A stretch of 64,000 nt of DNA from Eledone cirrhosa. Lineage: Eukaryota. The notes under the pieces were generated by a model. The model was not told where the DNA came from, did no database searches, and saw nothing but the letters and a program-made list of their open reading frames with translations. The translations under genes were made by a program, and so were the position numbers. Shown here in pieces: positions 1 to 12,468 of the stretch. The DNA is taken from contig OZ024745.1 of assembly GCA_964016885.1 (NCBI GenBank), positions 104,904,001-104,968,000 on the forward strand. The letters are read 5' to 3'. Each line of letters opens with the position of its first letter. Within the stretch, counting starts at the first letter, position 1.

Positions 1-130
1 ACAGACAGGTGCAAGACTATAAGATCGACTACATAATTCAGTCATAGTAATTAACCTCCCATATCATGTATCATCCTAATGTTCTTGTGACAAAGTTTTG
101 ATCTTATATTTGTATTTGACTTTTGTTATC

Positions 131-177
131 AATTCTGATGATTCCAGCCCTGTGCTAGGATGAAACAATTGTCAGAG
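131..177 (+). ncRNA. Minimal type I hammerhead ribozyme motif (PLE-type)
   Basis: CTGATGA(135-141)-tTCCAGC cctgt GCTaGGAt-GAAA(162-165)-CAATTG-TC. Helix III is 1 bp with a palindromic loop. Helix I is imperfect. (TA)n follows about 45 nt later. Confidence 0.7.
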
Positions 178-360
178 ATTAAATGTTGGAAAGTTTAAAC
201 ATTCTTTGATTGTCAATTACATATATATATATATATATAGGTGATTCAGGGAATTACTGGTGGTGGCAGCAATATGAGCACTTAGTGCATAGGCAGTCTG
301 TATATAAGAAATAAACAATGAGGGTGTGTTTCCATGTATTGGTATTTTTATTGAGTATTG

Positions 361-452
361 ACCTGTTACACACATTTCACAGTTGATTGACTCAAGGTCA
401 TCTATGTAAGTTATGGACCTGATTCCTGTATTGATCTGCTCATCAGACTGGT
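361..452 (-). ncRNA. Hammerhead ribozyme motif with long helix II (decayed)
   Basis: The minus strand reads ACCAGT-CTGATGA-GCAG...(about 60 nt)...CTGT-GAAA-TGTGTG-TA-ACAGGT. Helix I pairs 5 of 6 bp. Confidence 0.6.
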
Positions 453-487
453 GAATGAACAAAAGATTTTATTTTTTGTTGAATCAA

Positions 488-628
488 TAGTCTGATGAAC
501 AGATTGATTCTGGTATTGTGTCCATAGTTTCCATAGGAGACCGTGTGCCAATCATCACAAAACACACGTAACACACTCAATAAAAATATAAATACATGTT
601 AACAAAACTTCATTGTTCTTTCTTATAT
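488..628 (+). ncRNA. Inverted, inactivated paralogue of the 361-452 hammerhead plus shared 3' tail
   Basis: CTGATGA(492-498)-acagattgatt...aatcatcac-AAAA-CACACG-TA-ACA, then CTCAATAAAAATA..AATACATG..TCATTGTT..TTTCTTATATA, homologous to the reverse complement of 300-375. Confidence 0.55.
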
Positions 629-632
629 ATAT

Positions 633-1010
633 ATCATCATCATCATCATTGTTTAACGTCCATTTTCCATGCTAGCATGGGTTAGATTGGTTGTCCCATT
701 AGAGGCAAGATGGATCAGGTGATCATGTCTTGTTCATACAGAACTGTTTCTAAATAGCTTTCTACGGCTGGATGCCCCTCCTAACGCCAACTACATTTAC
801 AGTGTGTGCTGGGTGCTTTTTGTTGTGACATTCACATGACCACCTTACAGTATGGGCTGGGTGCTTTTTGTCATGACACCTACACGACCACTTCACAGTG
901 AGTGCTGGGTGAGTTTTGTCATAACACCCACATGACCACTTTAGAGTGTGGGCAGGAAGCTTTTGTTGTGATACTAACATAACTTTACAGTGTAAGGGTG
1001 GTGTGGGCAG
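633..1010 (-). mobile_element. RTE LINE 3'-end copy (or RTE-tailed SINE) with about 5 internal 48-bp repeats
   Basis: (CAT)n tail, CCATGCTAGCATGG hairpin and GCTGGATGCCC-TCCTAAC block shared with the 3' UTR of the RTE at 56062-56422. Confidence 0.85.
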
Positions 1011-4000
1011 AAGTGGATGGGTGAGGATATAGTGGTTAAGAGTTACTTGCTAGATATATATTTGAGTCTGTGCACATGGGAAGACTTACACATTGATGGA
1101 GCCTTCAGAGGAGGGAGTCCAAGGAAGACAAGGAATGAAGTTGTGAAGATTGATTTCAGGAAACTGAATCTCATGGAAGAGATGACACATGTTTTTTAAA
1201 ATTGTATCATCCTTTGACTGCAAAACTTCTAAACGTTTTACACCCTCTTCACTGGGTTCCTGACAGATTTATTAGGGCAACCTGTACATCATCGTCTAGC
1301 TTATCAGTACTGGCTGCACTGTCAGACATATTTTCATTATCATCTTTCTGTTCAGAATCATTATTACAGTACCAGTAATGCACTGGGTAATTGCTGGCCT
1401 TGTGCCTAAAGTAGAAACAATTATTACCCTAATTATCATTGTTTACTTTCCTCATCAGAATTTAATATCTAGGTTACTATCTGACCGGCAGTAACTTTCT
1501 CTAGGTCAATTTAGATCTACAAAAATTATAAACATTCACACAAACATTCTTTCCATGAATGTTTCCATGAAAGCTGTAGGTAATATGAAATCATTTGTAT
1601 ATATAATTGGTTGTGCAAAATATGGATGCTACATCAAGACTGGTCATTTTGTCACTCATGTTCAAAAGGTTAAATTTTGAAAGAAAGGATAAGAACCATA
1701 GCTGTTAGATTCTTAAGAAAGAAAAAAAAGCAGAAAAGAAAACCTGTCTGGTAATGTTCTTTTTGAGCTAAAAGCTATGTAATAATACAAACAAAGACAT
1801 AAACAACCAATACCAGCCAAGCAAAACAAAATATCTATGATCAGGGGAAATAGGATTTCAAGTAATATAGTTATAACACAGAACTTTATATAATTCATCA
1901 ATAAGTGAGCTGAGCATCAGAGTGGCAAAAGTGAGGATATTATAAATAAAAGTAAAAGTAGACATTTATAATCAATTAGTTATAATATGAAGGTGATAGT
2001 CTAAAACACCAGCTTCTCTCAATCTATCAGCAATGATTAGATGTTTTTCCAGTATGCAAAGGTTATTTATCTCAGATAAATCTCCGGTGAGGATAAGAAT
2101 TTTCAATACCATATACACATGTGTGTGGGGTGTGCATAGAAGAATTTCTGGGAACTAAGCGGGGTGCTAATAAGAAGAGTGTTTCTGAAATTGAAGAGAA
2201 AGGTGTATGCTGCATGTGTGGTGAGATGTGCCATGATTTATGTGAGAGATACATGGGTGATAATCATAGAACAACAGAGAACGTTAGAAAGAAGAGAAAT
2301 GAGAATGGCTGAGAGAGAGAGAGAGAGAGAGAGATAATGAATTTCAAAGGATGAAGAGAATAGAACCAGTGATGAATGTTGTGAAGAGAAATGGAATGAG
2401 ATGGTTGGGTCATGTGTTGAGGAAAGATGAAAGTGACTGGGTGAGAGGAGTGAGGGAAATGAATGTGAAAGGAAGTAGAAGGGGAAGAACCAGGAAGACA
2501 CGGCTAAAAATAATGGAGGAGTAAATAAAAGCCAAGGTGTTGGTGATGGCAGATGCAGAAGCTTGTCATGTGACTCACAAGGCTAACACCTGCTTTAGCA
2601 GGAAAAATGGCCTTAAAATGCTTGTTGTATACATGTGTGGGTGAGAAGATGAATCAAAGGAACATTTTTATTGAAATTTAAGGGAATAAATTCTGATGTA
2701 TACTCACTAAATTTTTATACTATTTTCTTTGACAACTGCTGATATCTAGGAAGTATAAAATATTTATATGAAAACAGCTTTCAATATTATCTGTTATGCA
2801 GCATATTTTGATAGAAATATGAATGTTGAATAAAATACAAGCATTATGAATTTTACTTCCTATGGAAAATAAAGACAGTGGAATATTGATAGGCAAGACT
2901 TAAAGCAATAAATCAACAATCTATATACTTGTATTGTGTCATTTTAAATTATGATACATATTGTATTTCCCAACTGGAATTCATTGGATAGCTGTATAAA
3001 CTTCTAATATTTGCATGAATTATTATAATAACAGAGTGAATAACAACAATCCTTGGAAGTACCAAACTCATATCAAAGACAGCAAATTGGTAGAAGTGTT
3101 ACAGCATCAGATAAAATGCCTTGCAGTATTTATTCTAGCTACTACATTCTAAGTTTGTGTGCTATGAAGCGTGGCATTCCAGGTACATCTCCAGCCAAAG
3201 TAACTCTGAATTGTGGTTGAATACGAGAATGGCTTCCTTTTACCTTGTTCACTGAGAATAACAGATGGGATTGTCATGAAATAAATGCTTTTCGTCATAG
3301 ATTTGCTTGGTTAATGCCTGGCCTGTCTCTCAACAACATCAACAGTAACTGAATACATTTTGAGTAGCAATAGCATAGTACCACAAATTATTTTTCTGTT
3401 ACTCTAGGCTCATTGAATTACGTACAATACTTTTGATTCAAAATCCATTTTCTGGATTTCAATTTTCTATGAATTTTTAAATAACTAAGGAGAAATAAAT
3501 ATGTTGCTCTCAGAAATTTCAAGAACTACAATTAAAAAGCGATCAGAAAACATTGAAAATAAAAAGTCAACTCGAATTTCAGTTAACAAATCAACTAGAA
3601 ATAGTTGCAAAATTTCCATCAAATCACACCCTACTGTCTTTACTAAAGGAAAGATGCATTGGATTAGACAGTCCTGGTTGTAAAAGGATGGTCATAACTG
3701 GAATGCCTTTGGATAAGGGAGTGAATTGCCAGAATGTCTTGTGTAATTTGTTCTGGTTCTCTGTGCTTTTAGTTCAGATCTGATTGAGACCATCTTTATC
3801 TTTCATCTCTTCAAAGAGATTGATGATTAGATTACAAGACAAGTCCTGGGATGAATTTCTACTCCCTTCCCTAGTCTTTCTGTCTTTGTCTCTCTCTTAG
3901 AATTGGCTTTGTAAAAGGCTAAGAAAGGAAAATAGACATTACCTATCCTTTCACCAGCGATCTGTGGAGACAACAAGAAATAAATAGGTTGGCTTGATCA

Positions 4001-4604
4001 GAACTTACTTGGGGCTAAACAAAAGTGACAAGAACAACACTTCAGTTAATAAATTACTCACACAAATTCTGTTCATGGATTGCTTAAAAGTTGTTAAAAG
4101 CCACTTATCCTTGCTAAAATTATTTATTGCTCATTGGACTGTGACAAACAAGTAAGCACTTCAATTAAATATCTTTCACATGGAATATCATAAGGAAATT
4201 TCATTCTAAGACTGTGAATAATTATCTTAAGTGTATGGTGCTTAAACAATTGTGAAAGTCACTTTTTAATCTGTTATTACAGCAGGAAACATTCTTTCTG
4301 AAGTATGTGTGGAACCAACCATTGGTATAAACATTTAGAGACTCTTATGACCAGAACTGACTGCAGCTACGATACAGTAAAGATGACAGCTACAATAATC
4401 ATGATAAAACTGTCTCCATTGTCTGGGTGAAGGCATGACTGCATGGTTAAGAAGTTTACTTTGCAGTCATATAGTTATTAATCTGATGCTAGTGCAAGGG
4501 ACTTTGGCATGGCAAGTGTCTTCTTTCTTAGCTTCAAGTAGACTAATACATTGTAAGTGAAATTTGGTAAGCAGAAACTGTGTGGAAGCTCACTATATAT
4601 CTGT

Positions 4605-5240
4605 ATGAGGTGATATCAGAAATATTTTAGGCTGTGTATCTGTACTACTCACTAAAAATACATTTGCAACTGATGATCATTGATAACCAGCCTGCTGAGT
4701 CAATCTACAGATAGGCTCCATAATATGTACTCATATTCAATTATTATGTGAGATTAGGTAACATGTTAGAATGGCTCTAAACTTTTTATATTGAGTAAGA
4801 AATTTGAGCAACATGCCAGTATCAACTTGAAAAAATCTTCTTCCAAGACACTTGAAATAGTCTGTCAGGTTTTCGGTGAATATTCTTTAACCCTTTAGCA
4901 TTTAAATTGGCTGTATCTGGCCAGAATTCTTTCCCCTTTTGAGATTATGTGAGATAAAGCCGTTAATATGAATATGCAATAGTAAATATAGAGTAATGTA
5001 AATTCTAAAGGGTTAAGTTGAACATAGATTTTTTTAGTGAAGTCTGTGTTTCAAGATGGTTCAAGTATCAGTTCAAGATGAGAAGTGTTCAGGGTGAATA
5101 ACTATATGAATGCAAATCAAACTTCTTAACTATGCAGTCAGATCGCACATGATTGGAATCAGCTATGGTGTCTGCCAGGATATTCTCATGATAAACATGA
5201 ACATACATCACATTGCAGCAAAGTTTTTTCTGCCTATAGC
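4605..5240 (+). pseudogene. Degenerate mariner transposase N-terminal (HTH) relic, interrupted by a MITE
   Basis: Remnant peptides FEQHASI..KTLEIVCQVFGEYSL|S..CFK..SVQDEKCSG resemble the mariner EQR..FGE..LSR..W..RFK.G..SV.D..RSGRP pattern. Many stops. Boundaries approximate. Confidence 0.55.
4891..5012. mobile_element. piggyBac-type MITE (122 bp)
   Basis: TTAA(4887-4890)-CCCTTTAGCATTTA...TAAATTCTAAAGGG-TTAA(5013-5016). A longer copy lies at 31646-31853. Confidence 0.85.
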
Positions 5241-5603
5241 CTGGCCCATCATCTAGTTACTTCACTGTATTTGACAAAATGAAATTGAAGCTGAAGGAGT
5301 GCTACTTTGAAATGGTAGAATGAGGAAATTCACATGGAATTGTAGGCCCAGCATAGTTACGTCCCTTTACAGACTGAGTTCAAATCCTGCTGAGGTTAAC
5401 TTTGCCTTTCATCCTTATGGGGTCGATAAAATAAAGTACCAGTAATTGCTAGCCTTGTGCCAAAAGTAGAAATAATTATTAGATGTCTTTTAGGAAAAGG
5501 ACTTCTGTGATACTTTTGTGGTGTGGAATATGTGTTGGGATCACTGTTTAAATTCCCAAGAGGTTTATTTTGCTGGTTGTGGCACTTGAATATTAATAAT
5601 ATA

Positions 5604-6456
5604 CAGGGTGTCCATAAAGTCTCTATACAATTTAAAAAGATTATTACAAAAGCAAATGAAAAGACAAATGTGAAAATTGTTACAAAATGAGGAGTAGATA
5701 TTAAAGTTTTTTAAAATTAATTTACTACACCTCTATATGGTCAACATTAGTTGCACATCAAGACGGTACTCGATTTCTTGCCATGTTTGCTGTAGCATAG
5801 CCTCATCAATGGAGGCAATGGTATCAGTGATCCTTTGCTTTAGATCAGTGGTGTCTTGTATTTTTGTTCGATATGTGATATCTTTAACATAAAGAAATCC
5901 AAGGGAGTGATATCTGAACGAGGTGGTCAGGGAATCGGGCCATCCCTTCCAATCCACCGGTCTGGAAATGTTTGATTTAGGAACCCACGAACATGCAGTC
6001 CCCAATGTGGTGGTGCAGCATCTTGATGGAAAATGATTGTTGGCTGAAGGTAATTTAGTTGTGGTGCCACATATTCAGTCAAAAGGTGAAGGTAAATATT
6101 TGCAGTAATTGATGTCTCGTTGAAGGAAAATGAACTAATGATTCGATTGCACATAATCCCACACCACTTGCTGGATCCCTTCCATAAGTAGTTCTGTAGT
6201 TTCGCTGAGTCTGCGTATCCGGTTTTGTTTCAATAAACCATGACACACATTGTGCCTTTTCTTGAGGAGTAGCCATTTTTTAGGTGTTCATTTAACAGTA
6301 CTTCTTTCATCAACAGAATACCAGAAATGCACAAATGCTGTTTGATTAACAACTTTGATAACTACTGAGAACATAGAACAAATCTGATTAAGATATCTCA
6401 TCAATTGTCTTTGTAATATAATTTTCAAATTGTAAAGAGACTTTATGGACTCCCTG
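5604..6456 (-). mobile_element. Internally deleted Tc1/mariner element, DD41D (rosa/visitor)-like, transposase pseudogene
   Basis: TA TSDs at 5602-3 and 6457-8; 30-bp TIRs CAGGGTGTCCATAAAGTCTCTATACAATTT with 2 mismatches. Minus-strand fragments: MATPQEKAQCVSWF.. fused to ..QDAAPPHWG..WIGRDGPIP*PPRSDITPLDFF. The D-D spacing is 40 here, 41 if the lost Pro of SPD is restored. Confidence 0.9.
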
Positions 6457-7519
6457 TATGAACTACATTATTTACTGGAGTATTGAGCACTTTTATTAGG
6501 CTTGATCCATGAACTTTCTAATATGACTTTATATATTAACATGGGATAAAATAAAAAGCTGGTGCATCAAACAAAAATACCTTACAATATTAAGTTATTA
6601 ATTCAATTTCCTTTTACACACAGTGCAACTTTGATTATCTGTCTTTCAAATGTTGAATAAATAAGTACCAAGAACTGGGGGACAATATAATTGACTTAAA
6701 CTCTTGAAAGTGGTGCCCCAACATGGCCCCAGATCAATGACTGATACTATTTCTTTTTTTTACAGCATAATCTCAGCAACAACTCCATAAAAGTATTTGT
6801 TACATAGTAGTATTCTGCGGTTTTCTGTCCAGCACATAACAAATGTGTCTGAAATATATGCTGATATACTAGAATCTGAAAATAAATTATTATATTATAA
6901 TCCGATTCTGCTACTCTGATTTGCAATGAAGATTTATTGAGGGAATCTTGCTTATACATTAACAACTGAAAGCTTTTCCTACTTTCACTTATTTAATCTT
7001 TTTTTTGTTTATTCTTTCTTTCAATGTGGTCACTCATCATGCTAGAAATAACAACCAAATATCTCTCAAATCACATCTTATCATTTTAAACAAAGAAAGG
7101 ATATATGGATACATTGGATAATGTTGTCTAGTCCTACATGCATTGTGTTTGACTAATAGATTGAATAAGTTTGGTTAGAATACCTTTAATCATAAGTAGG
7201 CTTGATTAGGGCTTATTTGAGCTACATAACAACAACAACTACCACCACTCCCCACCACCATCGTCACTATCGTCATCATCATCACCATTATCACCACCAC
7301 CACCACCACCATCATCAGCATCGTTATCAATTTAACTTACATTTCATTTCATTCTTGTAAAGTTTAACTTATTTTAATAAACATGATATATGCAAATGTT
7401 AAAATTTGTAAATTCAAACAACCCATGACATTATAGTAAGATGAATTTTTAAAATATGAAAATTTAAAATAAAGTAAAATAGTTGAATACTAGTTTTTCC
7501 TTTTCTTTTTTTTTTTCAG

Positions 7520-7560
7520 ATGGTTGAGTGTTTCCTTAGCTAGTTGTAAATATGAAGTTG
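7520..7560 (+). CDS. TTLL6: Internal coding exon of TTLL6/TTLL13-like tubulin polyglutamylase (xWLSVSLASCKYEV)
   Basis: A long polypyrimidine tract and CAG acceptor end at 7519, with a GTGAGA donor at 7561. The peptide resembles the TTLL6/13 INLSSCRYES region. The exon ends in phase 1 (G), matching the next exon, which starts TT (Val). Not in the ORF track. Confidence 0.85.
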
Positions 7561-8479
7561 GTGAGATATCATCTATTTTTAATTTAAACTTTTTTTGCAT
7601 TTGACAATTTAATCTAATTTAATTTATTGTAATTTTAAATAATAGTCAAATTCAAATTCAGCATTACCAACAAGTTGCAATGTGTTGGTGTGGGACAGCA
7701 AACTTGGTGCATGAAAAGAAAATACTTTGTGGTATTTTGATTTGTCTTAGTTACATCCCTTAACATCCATCAACTTTGATTTTCAGCCATCTCTGAGGTT
7801 GATAAAGAAAGTAACACCCAAAATATTGGGATCTATTATAATCGATTAGAATTAGAAGAATTGTTTCTAACATAGACATAAGGCCAAACATTCTGGAAGA
7901 CTTGTTGATCTGGCTAGATTTAATTTCTGAATGTGAAGAGCTGAAACCAAATACTGCAAGGTATTTTATCCAACACTCTAACGATTCTGACAATCCACCC
8001 AGCCCCACCATCCTAATAAATTCTAACATAGTACAGGGCCATACATTTTGAGCAAAGGTGTATAATCAATTATGGCATATTTTTATTTTATCAATTCCAG
8101 AAGGATGAAAGGCAAAATTGACCTGGGCAACATTTTCACTTAAAAATTGAAGGTAAACAAATAACTACTGCAAAGCAAACGACTACTTTGATTCAAAGGC
8201 TATGGAGAAATCAAGCTGAGCTATGAAGCAATTTTTTTTTTGATGTAAAATAAATGTTTATTCTCAATACATGTGTTTCATTCACAAAGTTGGTCTAAAA
8301 ACTATTGATTATTACATAAATATGAAGAAGAAAGATAAAAGCAAAATCAAGTAATGAGAAAAAGGGGAAGAGGTAAAGAAGGGCAGATCTGGCTGTATAG
8401 GAAAGTTGAGGGAAGGACTATAAATGATATGAATGAGAGGAAAAAGAAGGAAAAATCAAGGACTCTTCGACCACAGAAG

Positions 8480-8736
8480 AAAGGGAGGAAGAAGGGCTTA
8501 GGGCAGGACAGTGTTTGGGCTGTACCCCATGGACAAAGGTGCAAAAGCATTTCTGTGGACAATGGCCTGCAACATTCACTACAACAGCCACCCCACCTTG
8601 TGACATTCTTTCCTCAGATGAGCTGCTGAGATTTTGATTTCGCAGAGGAGCTCAGCAGTATGGTGTCCGAGGATGCCGGAGGTCTCGACAGCAACCAGTG
8701 TGAAGAGGAAGCAGGTCGACAAGCCCCAGTATTTGT
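8480..8736 (-). mobile_element. C-terminal relic of an RLE-type (CRE-like) non-LTR retrotransposon
   Basis: Minus-strand peptide KYWGLSTCFLFTLVAVETSGILG..LLCEI and later AIVHRNA resemble the KY..L...F.P.AVET.G..G / AIQRGNA C-terminus. Confidence 0.5.
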
Positions 8737-9265
8737 TTGTCTGTCATGAATTCAGAATTTGCCACACTTAATTTGATGAATGCAACAACAAATAAGTGTT
8801 TTAAAGCAATTTTTCCCTGCTAAAGATGAAGCTAGTCTTGAATGATCTAGGACAGATTTCTCAATCATCATGGGGTCCTTTATGAAGAAATGTTATTTTA
8901 GATAAATGCCCTTCCTGATATCAACCTTTAGAGTTGCTTCTGTGTGTATCCAGGCATAAACACTTATGGAAAGTATTCCATCTTTAAAATCGTCATTGTG
9001 TTTTGTTTTCTATACTAACCAATATTCCTGTAGTCATTCAGCAATAATTTTCTTCTAGTACACTTCTCAAAGCATGCATACATGTCCCATTGTTGTTTTG
9101 CTGCAAGGATAGTTATAAAGAAGATCTCTTTCTCTTCTGCCTCTCAATATGTTTACACATGAACCAACCAATCTACATTCAGTAGGGGAATTTGGTAACA
9201 AGAATATTTTCTTTAAAGAAAACTCAATATTTCAAAGCTCCAAGTTAGTCCCTTAGCTCTTAGAT

Positions 9266-10520
9266 CAAAGATTCTCAAACATTTTGGGCCACCACCCCAC
9301 TCACGGCAACATAATACCCTCAGCACCTCCAACCCTTTGTTTAGAGAGACCAGCCTACATGCAAATTGTAAATAATATATAACAAATAAGATTGTCAATT
9401 TATATATAACTAGCAGAATGGCCCTGCATTGCTCGGGATTCTAAACATAGATTGGCATGTTTATCCCTCCTTTCTGAAACAGTACAGAGAAGTACGGAAT
9501 ACCTCGGCCTTGCGACCATCTAATAGCAGATTCCACTGACAATTCATTTGCTCACCTTGTTCTTTTTTTTGCCGCTTTCGCAGTATTTTGGCCAATAGAG
9601 TATCTCTTCTTTCGAGGCATGACCTAAAAGCAGGACGCAGTACACTAAGACTAACTGTTAGAGTAAGGACTAAACTTGTCAGTGATGCATGTGATTTCCG
9701 AACTGCTGACTATGTAATTGCTGGCCTTGTGCCAAAAGTAGTGGGACTTTTTGGGTGGCATATTGGCAGTAACAATGACGATAAGCCGTCTGTGCTTTCG
9801 TGAAATAAATACGTTTTTTTATATTTTGTTTTTGTGTATGCAAAAATATCTGTACACGAATATATAATTATATATATATATATATTAAATTAACAGATTA
9901 AGTTTAAGCAAAGAATCGCTGCTTTCACCTTGAACAGGATCTTCTGAAACTAAAAAACTCAATCTGTGAATACAGAAGTAAATATTTCGAAAAACGTTGC
10001 AACCGAAGAAAGACGATACTTTGGTTCATGAAAAGATGTTTTCATAATGCCGTAATGCAGACAGCCAGACATACAGACAGATATTATAAGGGCGCGACAT
10101 AGCTATATACCTATCTAAAAAGACAGACTAAGAAAGAGAGAGCTCGCTAACCGGCGCCTAATCCGGTCCCTAGGGCATTAACAATTTGAAATATTTTTTG
10201 CTCAAAACACTCACACGACCATAAGTATTACATGTGTAAAGTTTGAAGAAAATCAGTTGGGTGGTTCTCGAGTTTTAGAGAGACAGACAGACATTCTCTG
10301 TTTTAGATATATAGATAAATAATATAATATATACTATGTATAAATAAATATTATATATATTTTATTTTACAATATTTATATACAGTATCTATCATTTGAT
10401 AGTTAATATACTATTATATCATCTCTATCGCCCCACCAGCATCACCCCCTTAAGCCCCCCCTCTCCCCTGGACCTTCTCAATGCCCCCGGGGGCAGTAGC
10501 ACTCACTTTGAGAATCTCTC
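9266..10520. mobile_element. hAT (Charlie-like) MITE interrupted by a Helitron
   Basis: TIRs CAAAGATTCTCAAA / TTTGAGAATCTCTC; degenerate 8-bp TSD TCTTAGAT / TTTTAGAC. Confidence 0.65.
9410..10315 (-). mobile_element. Non-autonomous Helitron-like element
   Basis: The minus strand starts A|TCTATAT (10315) and ends CTAG|T (9410). Subterminal hairpin CCCGAGCAATGCAGGG at 9422-9437; internal (GACA)n; no TSD. Confidence 0.75.
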
Positions 10521-10814
10521 TTTTAGACCAATAATCAGTGTCAGTAATGCAAAAAGCAGTTATCCTTGATAATTATATTTGTAATTATCCTTTTATTCTT
10601 CAAATGCTTTCTGTCAGTAAACTGTAGCCATTCTGGAGAACTATGTTCAAGAGTTTCAGTCGATTATATTGGCCTCAGTAGTTATTATATTATATATATA
10701 TTTATGAAAGCATAAAAAACATAACTTAGGTGGAAAGAAATATTGCAAGGTATTTTCGTTTAATGCACCTAATTTTGTTCATCCCATGACAATATATATA
10801 CATATATATATATA

Positions 10815-11310
10815 TCATCATCATCGTTTAATGTTCATCTTCCATGCTAGCATGGGTTAGACGGTTTTGTTCCATTTGATGCGGGAATGGTCAGGAGACC
10901 ATGTCTTGCTCGCACGGAAGCGTCTCTTGCAGGTTTTTTTTTGCAGCAGCTGGATGCCCTTCCTAACACCAACCACATTTACAGTGTGGACTGGGTGCCT
11001 TTTCATGTGTCTCCTACTTGGTCACCTTATAGTGTGGACTGTTGTGTCATCGACACAGTGGACGGAACGGGAGAGGGAGGGGTGGGGTAGGGTGTGGCGG
11101 TGGAGTGTACATTGAGTTAAGCGGTGCCTACTGACTGTAGGTTTGTATGCAATGGTAGTCAGGTCTTCTGTACAAATGCATGGCGCCAAAGGTCTCGAAC
11201 CACTGTCATTGTCTTAGAGAGGTGTAGGTAGGCAAGGTCAGTTTTTATCACTTCGCCCCAGGTTTTTCTTGGTCTACCCAAGCTCTGTTCTATACATAGA
11301 GCACTCTTTT
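10815..11310 (-). mobile_element. 5'-truncated RTE LINE (ORF end plus 3' UTR)
   Basis: (CAT)n tail in (TA)n and terminal hairpin. The minus strand near 11220-11280 encodes [22 protein letters not shown], like the C-terminus of the 52948-56061 ORF. Confidence 0.85.
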
Positions 11311-11910
11311 TTCCTTTGCGTTTTCTTCAGAAATACTTAACATATATATATATATATATATATATATTCATTTTTATATACATATATATATATGTATGTA
11401 TACATACATATATATACATATTATATACATACATATATAAATATGTGTATGTATGTATGTATATACCTGTATTTATGTGTGTGTATATATTTATATATAT
11501 TTACAATTATGTGTACATATATATATACATACATACAGACATATTCATAATTTTTATTAGCTGAGTTAATTCAGAAGTTACGTAGGGACCTAAAGTATTG
11601 CTGAATCTTCATAACAAACTTATAAATGTATCTTTCAATTTTTTTTTTAACAAAACATTGTTTGAAATATGCTTAGGCACAAAACACTGGATCGCATAGA
11701 TAACTTCTGTTGTATTCTTAGCTTGCCCTCAACTCCTGATGGAGTCATAGGGATGCTGTTGTGTTGTCATGTGCATTTAAATCTAGTAGAGCCTGTCTCC
11801 CTCCAAGTTGGAACACACCTGATCTCTTCCACTATTTATTGACCTTGAAGGTTTGAAAGACAAAGTTGACTTCAACAAAATTTGAACTCTGAGTGCAGAG
11901 AGAAGTTATA

Positions 11911-11918
<8 letters not shown>

Positions 11919-11943
<25 letters not shown>

Positions 11944-12468
11944 GAAAATATTGTGTACAGTGCTCAGGTACACTGCAACTCATCAAAAGTGTATGTATAG
12001 TACATAGGGTAATGTACAAACGTCAGGAAAATGAACAATGCATAAGTCATGATATACACGTGTGCATGTGTATGGAAGGGGGACATCAGGTGTAGTTTTG
12101 GTGAATTTTGGGAGGCATGAGGGTTTAAAAGGATGCAGTGTCTCGGCAGCTAACAACTGATGCAGGCAATTTGTTCCATGCTTCAGCAACTCTGAGCGTG
12201 AAAAAATGTTTCTGAAAGTCATGGGAGCTGTGCTGTTTACTGACTTTGTAGGCATGTCCACGTGTGTTAGACACATGGAGATCAAAAAGGTGCTCAGGGT
12301 TGTTGTTGGCGAGATGGTTAATAACTTTGTGGGTGTTTACTAAGTCCATTGCCAGACGTCGGAGCTTCAATGAATCCATGCCCAGGGAAGCAAGGCGTTC
12401 AGAGTATGGTAGGTGTCTGATGGAGGGTATGCACTTGGTTGCACATCTCTGAACAGTTTCCAGAAGGT
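11919..12468 (-). mobile_element. 5'-truncated CR1-clade LINE
   Basis: YSERLASLGMDSLKLRRL..DL..TRGH..FFTLRVAEAWNKLP C-terminal motifs; (ATT)n tail; flanked by (TA)n. Confidence 0.85.

Noticed and set aside
1714-1750. Lys-rich stretch before GTAATG as an upstream TTLL exon
   Set aside because: The only phase-compatible join gives TG|A, a stop codon.
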